From assembly GCA_963705305.1 (NCBI GenBank), contig OY970067.1, positions 4,832,001-4,896,000 on the forward strand: a DNA stretch of 64,000 nucleotides, given 5' to 3'. The first letter of the stretch is position 1. Each line of letters opens with the position of its first letter. Shown piece by piece: positions 31,520 through 40,595 of the stretch. The notes under the pieces were generated by a model, which searched no databases, was not told where the DNA came from, and saw only the letters and a list, made by a program, of their open reading frames with translations. This DNA comes from an uncultured Methylomirabilota bacterium. Lineage in GTDB: Bacteria; Methylomirabilota; Methylomirabilia; Methylomirabilales; 2-02-FULL-66-22. The position numbers were made by a program, and so were the translations under genes.

Positions 31520-32539
31520 TCAGGCTGCCTCGGCCTCTTCTTTCAGGCGCGAGAAGATCATCCGCCCGGCAGTCGTCTGGAGGACCGAGGTCACGCACAC
31601 ATCGATGGTCTGCCCGATGTGGCGCCGCCCGTTGTCGACCACCACCATGGTGCCGTCGTCCAGGTAGGCGATCCCCTGGTTGTACTCCTTCCCCTCTTTG
31701 AGGACGTACACCCGCATGTCCTCGCCGGGCAGCACCACCGGGCGAAGGGCGTTGGTCAACTCGTTGATGTTCAAGACCCCCACGCCGTGCAGCTCCGCCA
31801 CCTTGTTCAGATTGAAGTCGTTGGTCACGATCTTGGCGTTCAGGGCCTTGGCCATGGCCACCAGTTTGTTGTCCACCTCGCGGATCTCGGGGAATTCCAT
31901 GTCGCTGATCTCGACCCGGATATCCACCTTCTTCTGGATCTTCTGCAGGATGTCCAGACCGCGCCGCCCCCGGTTGCGCTTCAGCTGATCGGAGGAGTCG
32001 GCGATGTGCTGCAGCTCCCGCAGGATGAACTGGGGGATGACCAGCGTCCCCTCCAGGAATCCCGTCTCGGTGATGTCCGCAATCCTGCCGTCGATGATCA
32101 CGGAGGTATCCAGCAGCTTGTGGCTCTCGGCGCGCGGCTGCTCTTTGAGCATGCGGACCAGCGCGGCCACATTCCATTCCTGTCCCTTGTCCAGCGCCAC
32201 CGCCGCCCCCAGGAAAGCCCCGCTCAGCAGGCACAGGGTCCGCACCACCAGGCCGACGCTCGCCGGCAGGCCCACCAGGAGATCGACCGCGACCCTTGCG
32301 GCGGTCCATCCCAGCGCCAGCCCGACCACGAGCCCCGCCACAGTCTGCAGGATCGTCTTGCCCGGAACGCGCCGCAGCCGCTGATCCAGGACCACCACCA
32401 GCAGACCAAACAGCCCGCCGGTCAGGACGCCCCCCAGCACCCACCGTTCGCCGCCCTGCAGATTCGTCCCCAGCAGGCCCACCAGGCCGCCCAGGACGAT
32501 GATGAACCCCTGCCACACCCGTCTGGACACGCGAGGCAC
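31520..32539 (-). CDS. Membrane-anchored PIN/TRAM-domain protein (YacL family)
   Basis: N-terminal TM helices; LLDTSVIIDGRI, RGRRGLDIL, TNDFNLNKVA, YLDDGTMVVV. Confidence 0.93.
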   Translation of the reverse strand: MPRVSRRVWQGFIIVLGGLVGLLGTNLQGGERWVLGGVLTGGLFGLLVVVLDQRLRRVPGKTILQTVAGLVVGLALGWTAARVAVDLLVGLPASVGLVVRTLCLLSGAFLGAAVALDKGQEWNVAALVRMLKEQPRAESHKLLDTSVIIDGRIADITETGFLEGTLVIPQFILRELQHIADSSDQLKRNRGRRGLDILQKIQKKVDIRVEISDMEFPEIREVDNKLVAMAKALNAKIVTNDFNLNKVAELHGVGVLNINELTNALRPVVLPGEDMRVYVLKEGKEYNQGIAYLDDGTMVVVDNGRRHIGQTIDVCVTSVLQTTAGRMIFSRLKEEAEAA

Positions 32540-32560
32540 CCCTTCCCGATCCGGGAGGCT

Positions 32561-33043
32561 TCAGGCTTTGGCGATGGTGCGATCCACCATGCTGCGGGCG
32601 TCCCCCTCCTCGATTCCCACGGCGTGAGAGATCTCGCTCACCAGGAGCTGCCGCACCGTTTCCAGCATCTTCTTCTCGCCGAAGGAGAGGTTCCGTTCCT
32701 TCTGGAGGAGCACCAGCTTGCGCAGGACCGTGGCGACCTCGTACAGGGAGCCGGTCTTGATCCGCTCCAGGTTGTCCTTGAAGCGCCGGTTCCAATTCGG
32801 GCAGATGTCCACATCCTTCTTCCGCAGAATCTCCATGACTTTGCGGACTTCCTGCCGCCCGATGAGCTGGCGCAGCCCCACCCGCTCGGCGTTGCCGGTG
32901 GGGACCATGATGGTCATGTCGTTGCCGAGAATCCGGAGGATATAATAGGACTGGCGGCTGCCGGAGACCTCTTTTTGTTCGATGGCTTCGATGCGTCCCA
33001 CGCCGTGCGTCGGGTAGACGACCTTCTGCCCAATCTGGAACAT
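32561..33043 (-). CDS. carD: CarD/CdnL family transcription factor
   Basis: FQIGQKVVYPTHGVG...NWNRRFK...LSFGEKKML. Confidence 0.93.
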   Translation of the reverse strand: MFQIGQKVVYPTHGVGRIEAIEQKEVSGSRQSYYILRILGNDMTIMVPTGNAERVGLRQLIGRQEVRKVMEILRKKDVDICPNWNRRFKDNLERIKTGSLYEVATVLRKLVLLQKERNLSFGEKKMLETVRQLLVSEISHAVGIEEGDARSMVDRTIAKA

Positions 33044-33099
33044 GGTCCTACTCCTTTGCGACGTGCGCACATCTTCGAATTAAATCATACTCCACGAAC

Positions 33100-34491
33100 T
33101 CAGTCAAACCGGATTTTCCCCGCAGCCGAGCACATTTCCGCCAGTTCCCCCACCTGCGACAGGCCCACCACCTCGATGGGGGCCGCGCCGGGCAACCCTT
33201 CCTGGCTCGCCCGGGGAAGGACTGCCCGCGTGAATCCCAGCCGGTGGAGCTCCTGCAGACGCTTGTCGGCCTGGGTGACGCTCCGCACCTCGCCCCCCAG
33301 CCCCACCTCTCCGAAGAACGCCCAGGTCGCCTCCACGGGGATGTTGCGCACGCTGGAGAGCACGGCCGCCACGATGCCGAGGTCGGCTGCCGGCTCTCGG
33401 ACCTCCATGCCCCCGACTACGTTGAGAAAGACATCCGACCCCCCCAGGCCGATCCCCAGGCGCTTCTCCAGAACGGCCAGCAGCATGGCCACCCGCTGGA
33501 AATCCAGGCCATTGACCACGCGGCGCGGCATGGCCGCACCGCTGGGGGTCACCAGGGCCTGCAGCTCGAGCAGGATGGGGCGCATGCCCTCCAGCGTGGC
33601 CACCACGATGCATCCGGTGGCCTGCGCCGGCCGCTCTGCCAGAAAGAGGGCCGAGGGATTCTCCACCGGCACCAGCCCCCCAGGGCCCATCTCGAACACC
33701 CCGATCTCGTCCGTGGGACCGAAGCGATTCTTGGAGGCGCGCAGGATCCGGTGGGGGCGTTGGCGGTCCCCCTCGAAGTTGATGACCGTATCTACGATGT
33801 GCTCCAGCGCCTTGGGACCCGCCAGGCTGCCATCCTTGGTCACGTGGCCGATGAGCCAGACGGCCACCTCCTGCCGCTTGGCCACCTCCAGCAGGCGGCC
33901 CGCCACTTCGCGAACCTGGCTCAAACTCCCCGCCGCCGATTCGAGAGTCTCGCTCCAGGCGGTCTGCACCGAGTCCACGATCAGCGCCGCCGGGCGCAGA
34001 TTCGACACGTGCTGCAGCATGGCCTCGAGGGACGTCTCCGCCGCCAGGTAGAGGGTCGGGGCGTCCGCACGGAGGCGCCGGGCGCGCTCGCTGACCTGGC
34101 CCAGCGATTCTTCGCCGGACACGTAGAGGATGGTCAGGCCTTGGCCGGCCAACGCCCCGGCGGCCTGCAAGAGGAGGGTGGACTTTCCGATCCCGGGGTC
34201 GCCCCCGATCAGCACCATGGCGCCGGGGACGAGGCCGCCCCCCAGGACGCGATCCAGTTCGGTGATGCCGGTGCGCAGGCGGCGCTGCTCGATTCCCGGC
34301 AGCGCCGTCGAGGGCACGGGGGTCCCCCCGGCGGGCGGGCCGGCCCGGCGGCTCCGGGGCGCCGCCGCCCCAGGAGACGGGGCGACCTCAGCGAGGCTCG
34401 CCCAGGCCCCGCAGTCCGGACAGCGGCCCAGCCACCGCGGGGCTTGGTATCCGCACTGTTGGCACTCGTAGTAGTTACGTTTGCCGCTCAC
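33100..34491 (-). CDS. radA: DNA repair protein RadA/Sms
   Basis: CQQCG...GRCPDCGAW zinc finger, GDPGIGKSTLL, KNRFG, GEVGLGGEVR; GTG start at 34491. Confidence 0.97.
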   Translation of the reverse strand: MSGKRNYYECQQCGYQAPRWLGRCPDCGAWASLAEVAPSPGAAAPRSRRAGPPAGGTPVPSTALPGIEQRRLRTGITELDRVLGGGLVPGAMVLIGGDPGIGKSTLLLQAAGALAGQGLTILYVSGEESLGQVSERARRLRADAPTLYLAAETSLEAMLQHVSNLRPAALIVDSVQTAWSETLESAAGSLSQVREVAGRLLEVAKRQEVAVWLIGHVTKDGSLAGPKALEHIVDTVINFEGDRQRPHRILRASKNRFGPTDEIGVFEMGPGGLVPVENPSALFLAERPAQATGCIVVATLEGMRPILLELQALVTPSGAAMPRRVVNGLDFQRVAMLLAVLEKRLGIGLGGSDVFLNVVGGMEVREPAADLGIVAAVLSSVRNIPVEATWAFFGEVGLGGEVRSVTQADKRLQELHRLGFTRAVLPRASQEGLPGAAPIEVVGLSQVGELAEMCSAAGKIRFD

Positions 34492-34517
34492 GCCGGCAGC
34501 CCCCGGCCCCGATCTGC

Positions 34518-34718
34518 CTAGCAAGCTGTTGAAAAAGGGCCATCGGCCGGGTACCCGCCCATTCGGGCGCTCGCTGCGGCGTATTGGAAGTACGCCTTGA
34601 CCCGCCTGTGGCGGGTGCTCGGCCCCGGGTACCCATCCCGCTGGATGGGTGAGGCCGCCTTGCACCTGGACCTTTTTGAGCAGCCTGGGCGAAAACGGGT
34701 ATTTCAGCAGCCTGCTAG
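34518..34718. mobile_element. MITE-like non-autonomous element, copy 1 (CTAG at both ends)
   Basis: Terminal inverted repeats ctagcaagctgttgaaa / tttcagcagcctgctag; 45-nt block 44/45 identical to copy 2. Confidence 0.75.
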
Positions 34719-35854
34719 AAGGCGCCCAGCGCCTGGATCCCGATGCCGATGACGGTCAGCGGCCCCTGCTCCCGCAGCGCGTCGGCGCCTTTCCCCACTT
34801 TCTTGAGGCTGTCCTTGGCCGTGAAATACAGCGAGTCGTCGTTCACCAGCTTGCCCAGGGTGCCCTCGCCGCGGTTCACCTTCTTCATGATGTCGTTGAG
34901 GTTCGCCACGGCCCCCTTCATGTCGTTGTACACGCTGTCGTCGGTGAGGAGCTTCCCGATGGTGCCCTGCCCCTCGTTGATCTTCTTGGACACCGTGCGG
35001 AGGCCGGAGAGCGCGTCGCGCGCCTCGGTCAGCATCCCGCGTGCGTCCCGGTAGAGCGAGTCGTCCTTCACCAGCTTGCCCAGGGTGCCCTGGCCGTTGT
35101 CGATCTCCTTGGCCACGCGGTTGAACGTTCCGGAGGCCGTCCGGAGATCCGCCGTCAGGCCCCGCAGGTCCTTGTACAGCGAGTCGTCGTTCACCAGCTT
35201 GCCCAGGGTGCCCTGCCCCCTCGCCAGCTGGTCGCTGACCTTGTTGAGGTTTCCGGCAATGCCCTTAATCTGGCGGTAGAGGCTGTCATCGGTGACCAGC
35301 TTCCCGAGGGTTCCTTCGCCCTTGTCGATCCGCTTGGCGATCCTGTCCATGGTCTGGAAGGTGCTGGCGATGGGCTCGATGCTCTTGCCCAGGCCCTCAT
35401 TGACCTGCTTGACCAGGGTCTGGACATCGCCCGCCGCATCGTTGAGGCGGGCCAGCAGGACGTTGAGGTCCGGCGGCTCGCTGCTCACCAGGGTGCTGCC
35501 GGACGCGGCCAGCGGGGCCGCCGGGGAACCGAAGGTGAGATCCAGGAAATTGGTCCCCAGCAGGCTGGTCAGCTTGATGGTGGCCACGGAGTCGGTCTTC
35601 ACCGGCGTACCCTCCTTCACGCCGAAATCCACCTCGACCCGTGCGCCCACCACCCGGATGTCGCGGACGGTACCCACATCCACACCCGCCAGCTTCACGG
35701 GATCACCCACCTTGAGACCGGGAATGGACTTGAAGGATGTCTTGTATTCCACCGTTCGGGCGAACAGCGCCTGCTTCCCGACCAGCTCGAACATCACGAT
35801 GAGGATCAGGAAGGCCACCACCAGGAACAATCCGACCTTGACCTCCCGTGTCAT
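34715..35854 (-). CDS. mlaD: MCE/MlaD-family protein with five C-terminal helical repeats
   Basis: EVKVGLF TM anchor; MCE motif GLKVGDPVKLAGVDVGTV; 5x G(E/Q)GT(L/I)GKL(V/L)xDDS(L/V)Y. Confidence 0.9.
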   Translation of the reverse strand: MTREVKVGLFLVVAFLILIVMFELVGKQALFARTVEYKTSFKSIPGLKVGDPVKLAGVDVGTVRDIRVVGARVEVDFGVKEGTPVKTDSVATIKLTSLLGTNFLDLTFGSPAAPLAASGSTLVSSEPPDLNVLLARLNDAAGDVQTLVKQVNEGLGKSIEPIASTFQTMDRIAKRIDKGEGTLGKLVTDDSLYRQIKGIAGNLNKVSDQLARGQGTLGKLVNDDSLYKDLRGLTADLRTASGTFNRVAKEIDNGQGTLGKLVKDDSLYRDARGMLTEARDALSGLRTVSKKINEGQGTIGKLLTDDSVYNDMKGAVANLNDIMKKVNRGEGTLGKLVNDDSLYFTAKDSLKKVGKGADALREQGPLTVIGIGIQALGAF

Positions 35855-36675
35855 GGCTGCACGCCTCCTTCCGAGACTTTCATCTGGGTGGTGATGAACG
35901 CCCGGACCACCGGGTTCTGGGTGGCCCGGATGCTCGTCGGGGTTCCGGTCTCGATAAGCCTCCCTTCGTGGATCATCCCCAGGCGGTCGGCCACGTGGAA
36001 CCCGAGGTTCAGGTCGTGGGTGACCACCAGGGCGGTGATCCGAAGCCGCTTCAGGCCGGCAATCACGTGGCCGATCTGCTCCGTCAGCACCGGATCCAGG
36101 CCCGCCGTCGGCTCGTCGTAGAGGATCAGCTGCGGGTCCATGGCCAGCGCGCGGGCAATGGCCACGCGCTTCTTCATCCCCCCCGACAGCTCCGAAGGCA
36201 TGGCGCCATCCCAGCCGGCCAAACCGACCAGCTCCAGCTTCTCGTTCACGATTCGGACGATCTCGGCCCGGCCGCAGATGCGATGCTCCTTCAGCCAGAG
36301 CCCCACGTTCTCCCCCACCGTGAGGGAGTTGAAGAGGGCCGAGGACTGGAAGATCATGGCCAGGCGCAACCGGCGGCTCCCGTCGCCCATCTGCAGGTCC
36401 GTCCCGTCGATGAGGATGCGGCCGGAGTCGGGCGCCAGCAACCCGGTGATGTGCTTGAGCAGGACCGATTTCCCGCAGCCGGAGGGGCCGAAGATGACGA
36501 ACGTCTCCCCCGCCGCGACGCTGAGCTCCAGGTCACGCAAGACGTGGTGGCCTCCGAAGGACTTGTTCAGGCGGCGGACCTCGACGCTGACGCCGGGGGC
36601 CATCGCCTCCCGAGCCGGCGGGCCGGCGGGCAGCGGATCGCGGGACGGCGGATGTGGCGAAGATGGGAGCGTCAT
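35851..36675 (-). CDS. mlaF: MlaF-family ABC transporter ATPase
   Basis: GPSGCGKS, LSGGMKKRVAIARA, LYDEPTAGLDP; start could be 36603. Confidence 0.92.
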   Translation of the reverse strand: MTLPSSPHPPSRDPLPAGPPAREAMAPGVSVEVRRLNKSFGGHHVLRDLELSVAAGETFVIFGPSGCGKSVLLKHITGLLAPDSGRILIDGTDLQMGDGSRRLRLAMIFQSSALFNSLTVGENVGLWLKEHRICGRAEIVRIVNEKLELVGLAGWDGAMPSELSGGMKKRVAIARALAMDPQLILYDEPTAGLDPVLTEQIGHVIAGLKRLRITALVVTHDLNLGFHVADRLGMIHEGRLIETGTPTSIRATQNPVVRAFITTQMKVSEGGVQP

Positions 36676-36679
36676 GGCA

Positions 36680-37444
36680 TCACATCAAGATCCGGGTGAT
36701 GACGTAGTCGAGAAAGAAGATGAGCACGAAGGACATGACCACGGCCCGGGTCACCGCCCGACCGATCTCTTCGGGGCCCCCGGCGGTCTTGAGACCGACG
36801 TAGCAGCAGGTGGTGACCACCGCCACGGCGAAGACCACCGATTTGATGACGCTGTTCATGACGTCGCTGAATTGTACCACATCCTGGAAGTTGATGCGGA
36901 ACGCCCGCACGCTCACCCCGATGCTGGGGTTGACCGACGACACGATGGCCCCTCCGATGAGGCCGATCAGGTCCACGTACATACAGAGCGCGGGGACGGC
37001 CAGGAGACTGGCCAGCACCCGCGGCATGACCAGGTAGCGCACCGGGTTGATGTCCAGGGTCTTGAGGGCGTCGATCTCCTCGTAGACGCTCATGGCGCCG
37101 ATCTCGGCCGCTATGGCGGAGCCCACCCGGCCGGTCACCAGGATCGCGGTCATGACCGGCCCCAGCTCCTTGACCAGGCTGAGCCCGACGATGCCCCCGA
37201 TCGTCCCCTCCAGGCCGAACTGGTGCAGCCGGGAGCCCGTCTGCAGGGCCAGGACCCCGCCGATGAACAGCCCCGTCAAGGAGGCGATGGGCAGCGTGGC
37301 ATTGCCGACTTCCAGCATGTGGCTGACAATCTTGTCCACATTCCTGGGGGCGGCCTTGATCCAATACAGGGACTGCAGGAGCAGAATCACCCCTTCCCCC
37401 AGTCCCTGGAGGAAGCCCTGGACGCGCGTTGTGATGGTCTTCAC
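36680..37444 (-). CDS. mlaE: MlaE-family ABC permease
   Basis: KELGPVMTAILVTGRVGSAIAAEIGAM...EEIDAL...YLVMPR. Confidence 0.94.
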   Translation of the reverse strand: MKTITTRVQGFLQGLGEGVILLLQSLYWIKAAPRNVDKIVSHMLEVGNATLPIASLTGLFIGGVLALQTGSRLHQFGLEGTIGGIVGLSLVKELGPVMTAILVTGRVGSAIAAEIGAMSVYEEIDALKTLDINPVRYLVMPRVLASLLAVPALCMYVDLIGLIGGAIVSSVNPSIGVSVRAFRINFQDVVQFSDVMNSVIKSVVFAVAVVTTCCYVGLKTAGGPEEIGRAVTRAVVMSFVLIFFLDYVITRILM

Positions 37445-39009
37445 CGGGTCCCTCCTTGCGGGTCAAGGGCGGCCAGCGGCTGGGAAACCGCAGTCCATTT
37501 CAGCACGACCTCCCCCCCCAGGCGGATAGACCGGACACCCTGTCGGACCTCGTAGGAGAAGAGCCCTCCCAGGAGTGAAAACCGGGCCTCCTCCCCCCGC
37601 TCCCGATAGGCCAGGAGGGGTCCCAGCACCTCGATGGACCGCCCCTGGGCGCTCTCCTCATGGCGCACCAGGTCCCAGAGGAAGGAGCGGGTGGCGTCTC
37701 CTTCGGGATTGCGCCGGAAGGAATACAGGGACCAGAGCGGGGAATAGTTCTGCTGGACCCATTCGTTTTCCGGCAGGAAGGCCTCCAGCAGGGCCAGCGT
37801 GTTGAAGGTCACCGCCCCCTCTCGGTCCCGCTCGTAGTGAAACACAGGCCAGGCATCCACGCGCCGCATGGAGCCGTCCCGTCCCGTCTGCCGGGTGTCG
37901 GAGTACAGGTACCAGAGGATCCGGTCCCGCACCGTCCGGCTGCCCGGGATCTCCTCCCGGCTGCGCATGTACAGGGGAAACAGCACCATGAGGTCGGTGG
38001 TCTGCATCTCCCGCAGGAAGAATTCGTGGCGCAGGGTCCGGTGCTCCAGGGAGTAGAACGGCAGGACGCGGTCGACGCTGCGTCCCTCCCCCCGGGCGAA
38101 CCGGATCAGCGGCCAGGGCAGGTCCCACTGCGCGTACTGCTGCTCCCGGTCGATCGTGTGGGTGAACAGCGGCCAGAGGACGGTGGCGCTCTCCCGCGCC
38201 TTGGAGCGCTGCGACACGTAGAAGGGCAGCACCGAAAGGGTCTCCTCCGGATCCTCCCCGTCCAGCCCGGTCCGCTGGTGAAGATAGAGGGGCCACAGGA
38301 CGAACCGCTTCTCGAAGACCCCCTCCCGGACGTCCTGTCCGTAGAGCGGAACGATCCGGAAGCCCGAGCGGCCCGGGCCGCGGGTAAGGGAGATGAGCGG
38401 CCAGGGGAAGTAGCGGGTCTCCGCTCCTCCTTTGACAAAGCGGGCGTACAGCGGGAACATGACGAACTCCGCCTCGTCCTGGCCGAGACGGTCCAGCGCC
38501 CGCCCCCCGAAGGGGAGAATCGCCCGGTAGCGCTCCCCACTGCCGGTGGTCCCGCTCAGGTAGAACGGGAAAAAGTCCGCGCGGTGCTCCCGATCCGACG
38601 GCAGGGATCCCTCCGAGCGGGCGTTGATCAGCTCCAGGAACTGGAACTGCCAGTCCCGTTCCGTCCGACTGTACGTCATGAGCGGATAGAGGACCTGCCA
38701 CTCCAGTCGCTCTGCGCGCTTGTCCTCGCGTCGGTGGAAGAGCGGCCGGATGGCCACGTCCTCGACGTTCCCGTCGGGGGAGCGGTCGGCCTCGATGAGC
38801 GGACCGAGGCTCCCCGAGGTGTGCATCCGGTCCACCGGATCCTCGCGATCATCATAGACAGGCCACAGGTTGATCGCGGCCGGCGCCGGTTCCTGGGCCT
38901 GCCCGCGTGCCTGGACCGGCGGCCAGAGGGGGAGCCCGAGAAGAATCAGGAGCGTCCCCGGGAGGACCAGTCGCCGCGCTCTGTACCGCCGCCGAGTCAA
39001 GGTTGCCAC
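37441..39009 (-). CDS. Exported hypothetical protein with about 20 (L/F)(W/F)P(L/F)(Y/F)-type repeats
   Basis: 522 aa ORF, basic plus hydrophobic signal peptide, 4-nt overlap with mlaE. Confidence 0.85.
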   Translation of the reverse strand: MATLTRRRYRARRLVLPGTLLILLGLPLWPPVQARGQAQEPAPAAINLWPVYDDREDPVDRMHTSGSLGPLIEADRSPDGNVEDVAIRPLFHRREDKRAERLEWQVLYPLMTYSRTERDWQFQFLELINARSEGSLPSDREHRADFFPFYLSGTTGSGERYRAILPFGGRALDRLGQDEAEFVMFPLYARFVKGGAETRYFPWPLISLTRGPGRSGFRIVPLYGQDVREGVFEKRFVLWPLYLHQRTGLDGEDPEETLSVLPFYVSQRSKARESATVLWPLFTHTIDREQQYAQWDLPWPLIRFARGEGRSVDRVLPFYSLEHRTLRHEFFLREMQTTDLMVLFPLYMRSREEIPGSRTVRDRILWYLYSDTRQTGRDGSMRRVDAWPVFHYERDREGAVTFNTLALLEAFLPENEWVQQNYSPLWSLYSFRRNPEGDATRSFLWDLVRHEESAQGRSIEVLGPLLAYRERGEEARFSLLGGLFSYEVRQGVRSIRLGGEVVLKWTAVSQPLAALDPQGGTR

Positions 39010-39029
39010 GTGTCTCCTGGACGCCAGCG

Positions 39030-39210
39030 CTAACAGGCTGCTGAAAGAGGCCCATCTGCGGACACCCAGCCTACGGCCGGGTACCCGCGCGCTCGCGTGG
39101 CGCTGCGACGTACGAGCGAAGTACGTCTCGCACCTCGCATCGCGCGCCGCCTTGCATCTGGACCTTTTTGAGCAGCCTGGGCGAAAACGGATATGTCGGC
39201 ATCCTGCTAA
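39030..39210. mobile_element. MITE-like non-autonomous element, copy 2 (CTAA at both ends)
   Basis: ctaa-caggctgctgaaa ... tgtcggcatcctg-ctaa; shares core and 45-nt block with copy 1. Confidence 0.72.
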
Positions 39211-40592
39211 TACTCCCGCTGCCGCTCCTGGTCCTCGAACCGCGTGTATTCCCGCAGGAAGGTCAGGTACACTGTCCCCGTCGGCCCGTTCCGCTGCTTG
39301 CCGATGATCACCTCGGTGGTGTTGTCCTCCGGCTCTTCCGGATCCTCCTCTTTGCGCGCCCGGTAGAGCGCCGGCCGGTACAGGAAGGTGACGACGTCGG
39401 CGTCCTGCTCGATGGCCCCCGACTCCCGAAGATCCGAGAGCTGGGGCCGGGGGGGCTGGCGCGACTCCACCGCGCGCGAGAGCTGGGACAGGGCCACCAC
39501 CGGGACGTTCAGCTCCTTGGCCATGGCCTTGAGGGAGCGGGAGATCTCCGAGATCTCCTGCTGCCGGCTCTCCACCCGCCCCCGCCCCGTGATGAGCTGC
39601 AGGTAATCGATGATCACCAGCCCCAGGCCCTGCTCCCCCTTCAGCCGGCGCGCCTTGGCTCGCATCTCCAGGAGCGAGATCCCGGCGGTGTCGTCGATGA
39701 AGATGGGGGCCTCGGACAGGCGGCCCGCGCCCGTCGTCAGTCTGGGCCAGTCGGCGTCCGACAGGTACCCGGTGCGGAGCTTGTGGGAGTCCACCTTGGC
39801 CACCGAGCAGAGCATGCGCTGCACCAGCTGCTCCTTGGACATCTCCAGGCTGAAGATGGCCACGGGAATCTGCTCCTGCATGGCCGCGTGCTCGGCGATA
39901 TTGAGGCAGAAGCTCGTCTTGCCCATGGAGGGGCGGCCCGCCACCACGACCAATTCCGCTGCCTGCAGTCCGGCCGTCATCTCGTCGAACTTGGCAAACC
40001 CGGTGGGCACGCCGGTGACGTGACTCTTGCGATCGTATAGCTTCTCGATCAGCTGGAAGGTGCCCTTGAGAATGCCCTTCACCGGGACGAACGAGCGGCT
40101 GACCTTGTCCTGGGAGATTTCGAAGATCTGCTGCTCGGCCCAGTCCAGGAGGTCGTCCACCTCGTCGGTGTCGGCGTAGGCTCGGCCGACGACCCCGGTC
40201 GCTTTCTGGATCAGGGCGTACAGGAGCGCTTTGTCTTTGACGATCCGTGCGTGGTAGCCGACGTTGGCGGCGGTGGGAACGGCATCCACCAGGGAGGCCA
40301 GGTAGGCGGCTCCCCCCACCTCCTCGAACCGCTTCTGGCGCATGAGCTCGTTGGCGATGGTCACCAGATCGACCGGCTCACTGCGCTCGAAGAGATCCAG
40401 GCAGGCGCTGAAGATCTTGCGGTGGGCTTCCTTGTAGAAGTCGGCCGGCCGGAGGATCTCCATGGCCTTCAGCAGCGCCGCGTTATCCTGCAGCACCGCA
40501 CCCAGGACGGAGATCTCCGCCTCCAGGTTCTGCGGGGGCACTCTGTCGGACGCTACCGCCGCATCAGGCATGGGGATGCGCATTCGGTCCAA
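39207..40592 (-). CDS. dnaB: Replicative DNA helicase
   Basis: VPPQNLEAE, AGRPSMGKT, IDYLQL, LSDLRESGAIEQDAD, KQRNGP; exact start uncertain (40571-40592). Confidence 0.98.
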   Translation of the reverse strand: MDRMRIPMPDAAVASDRVPPQNLEAEISVLGAVLQDNAALLKAMEILRPADFYKEAHRKIFSACLDLFERSEPVDLVTIANELMRQKRFEEVGGAAYLASLVDAVPTAANVGYHARIVKDKALLYALIQKATGVVGRAYADTDEVDDLLDWAEQQIFEISQDKVSRSFVPVKGILKGTFQLIEKLYDRKSHVTGVPTGFAKFDEMTAGLQAAELVVVAGRPSMGKTSFCLNIAEHAAMQEQIPVAIFSLEMSKEQLVQRMLCSVAKVDSHKLRTGYLSDADWPRLTTGAGRLSEAPIFIDDTAGISLLEMRAKARRLKGEQGLGLVIIDYLQLITGRGRVESRQQEISEISRSLKAMAKELNVPVVALSQLSRAVESRQPPRPQLSDLRESGAIEQDADVVTFLYRPALYRARKEEDPEEPEDNTTEVIIGKQRNGPTGTVYLTFLREYTRFEDQERQREY

Positions 40593-40595
40593 CGC

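Noticed and set aside
34829..35320. Recurring 30-38-nt direct repeats that could be mistaken for a CRISPR array
   Set aside because: In-frame coding repeats of MlaD with 102/123-nt periods; no cas genes or leader
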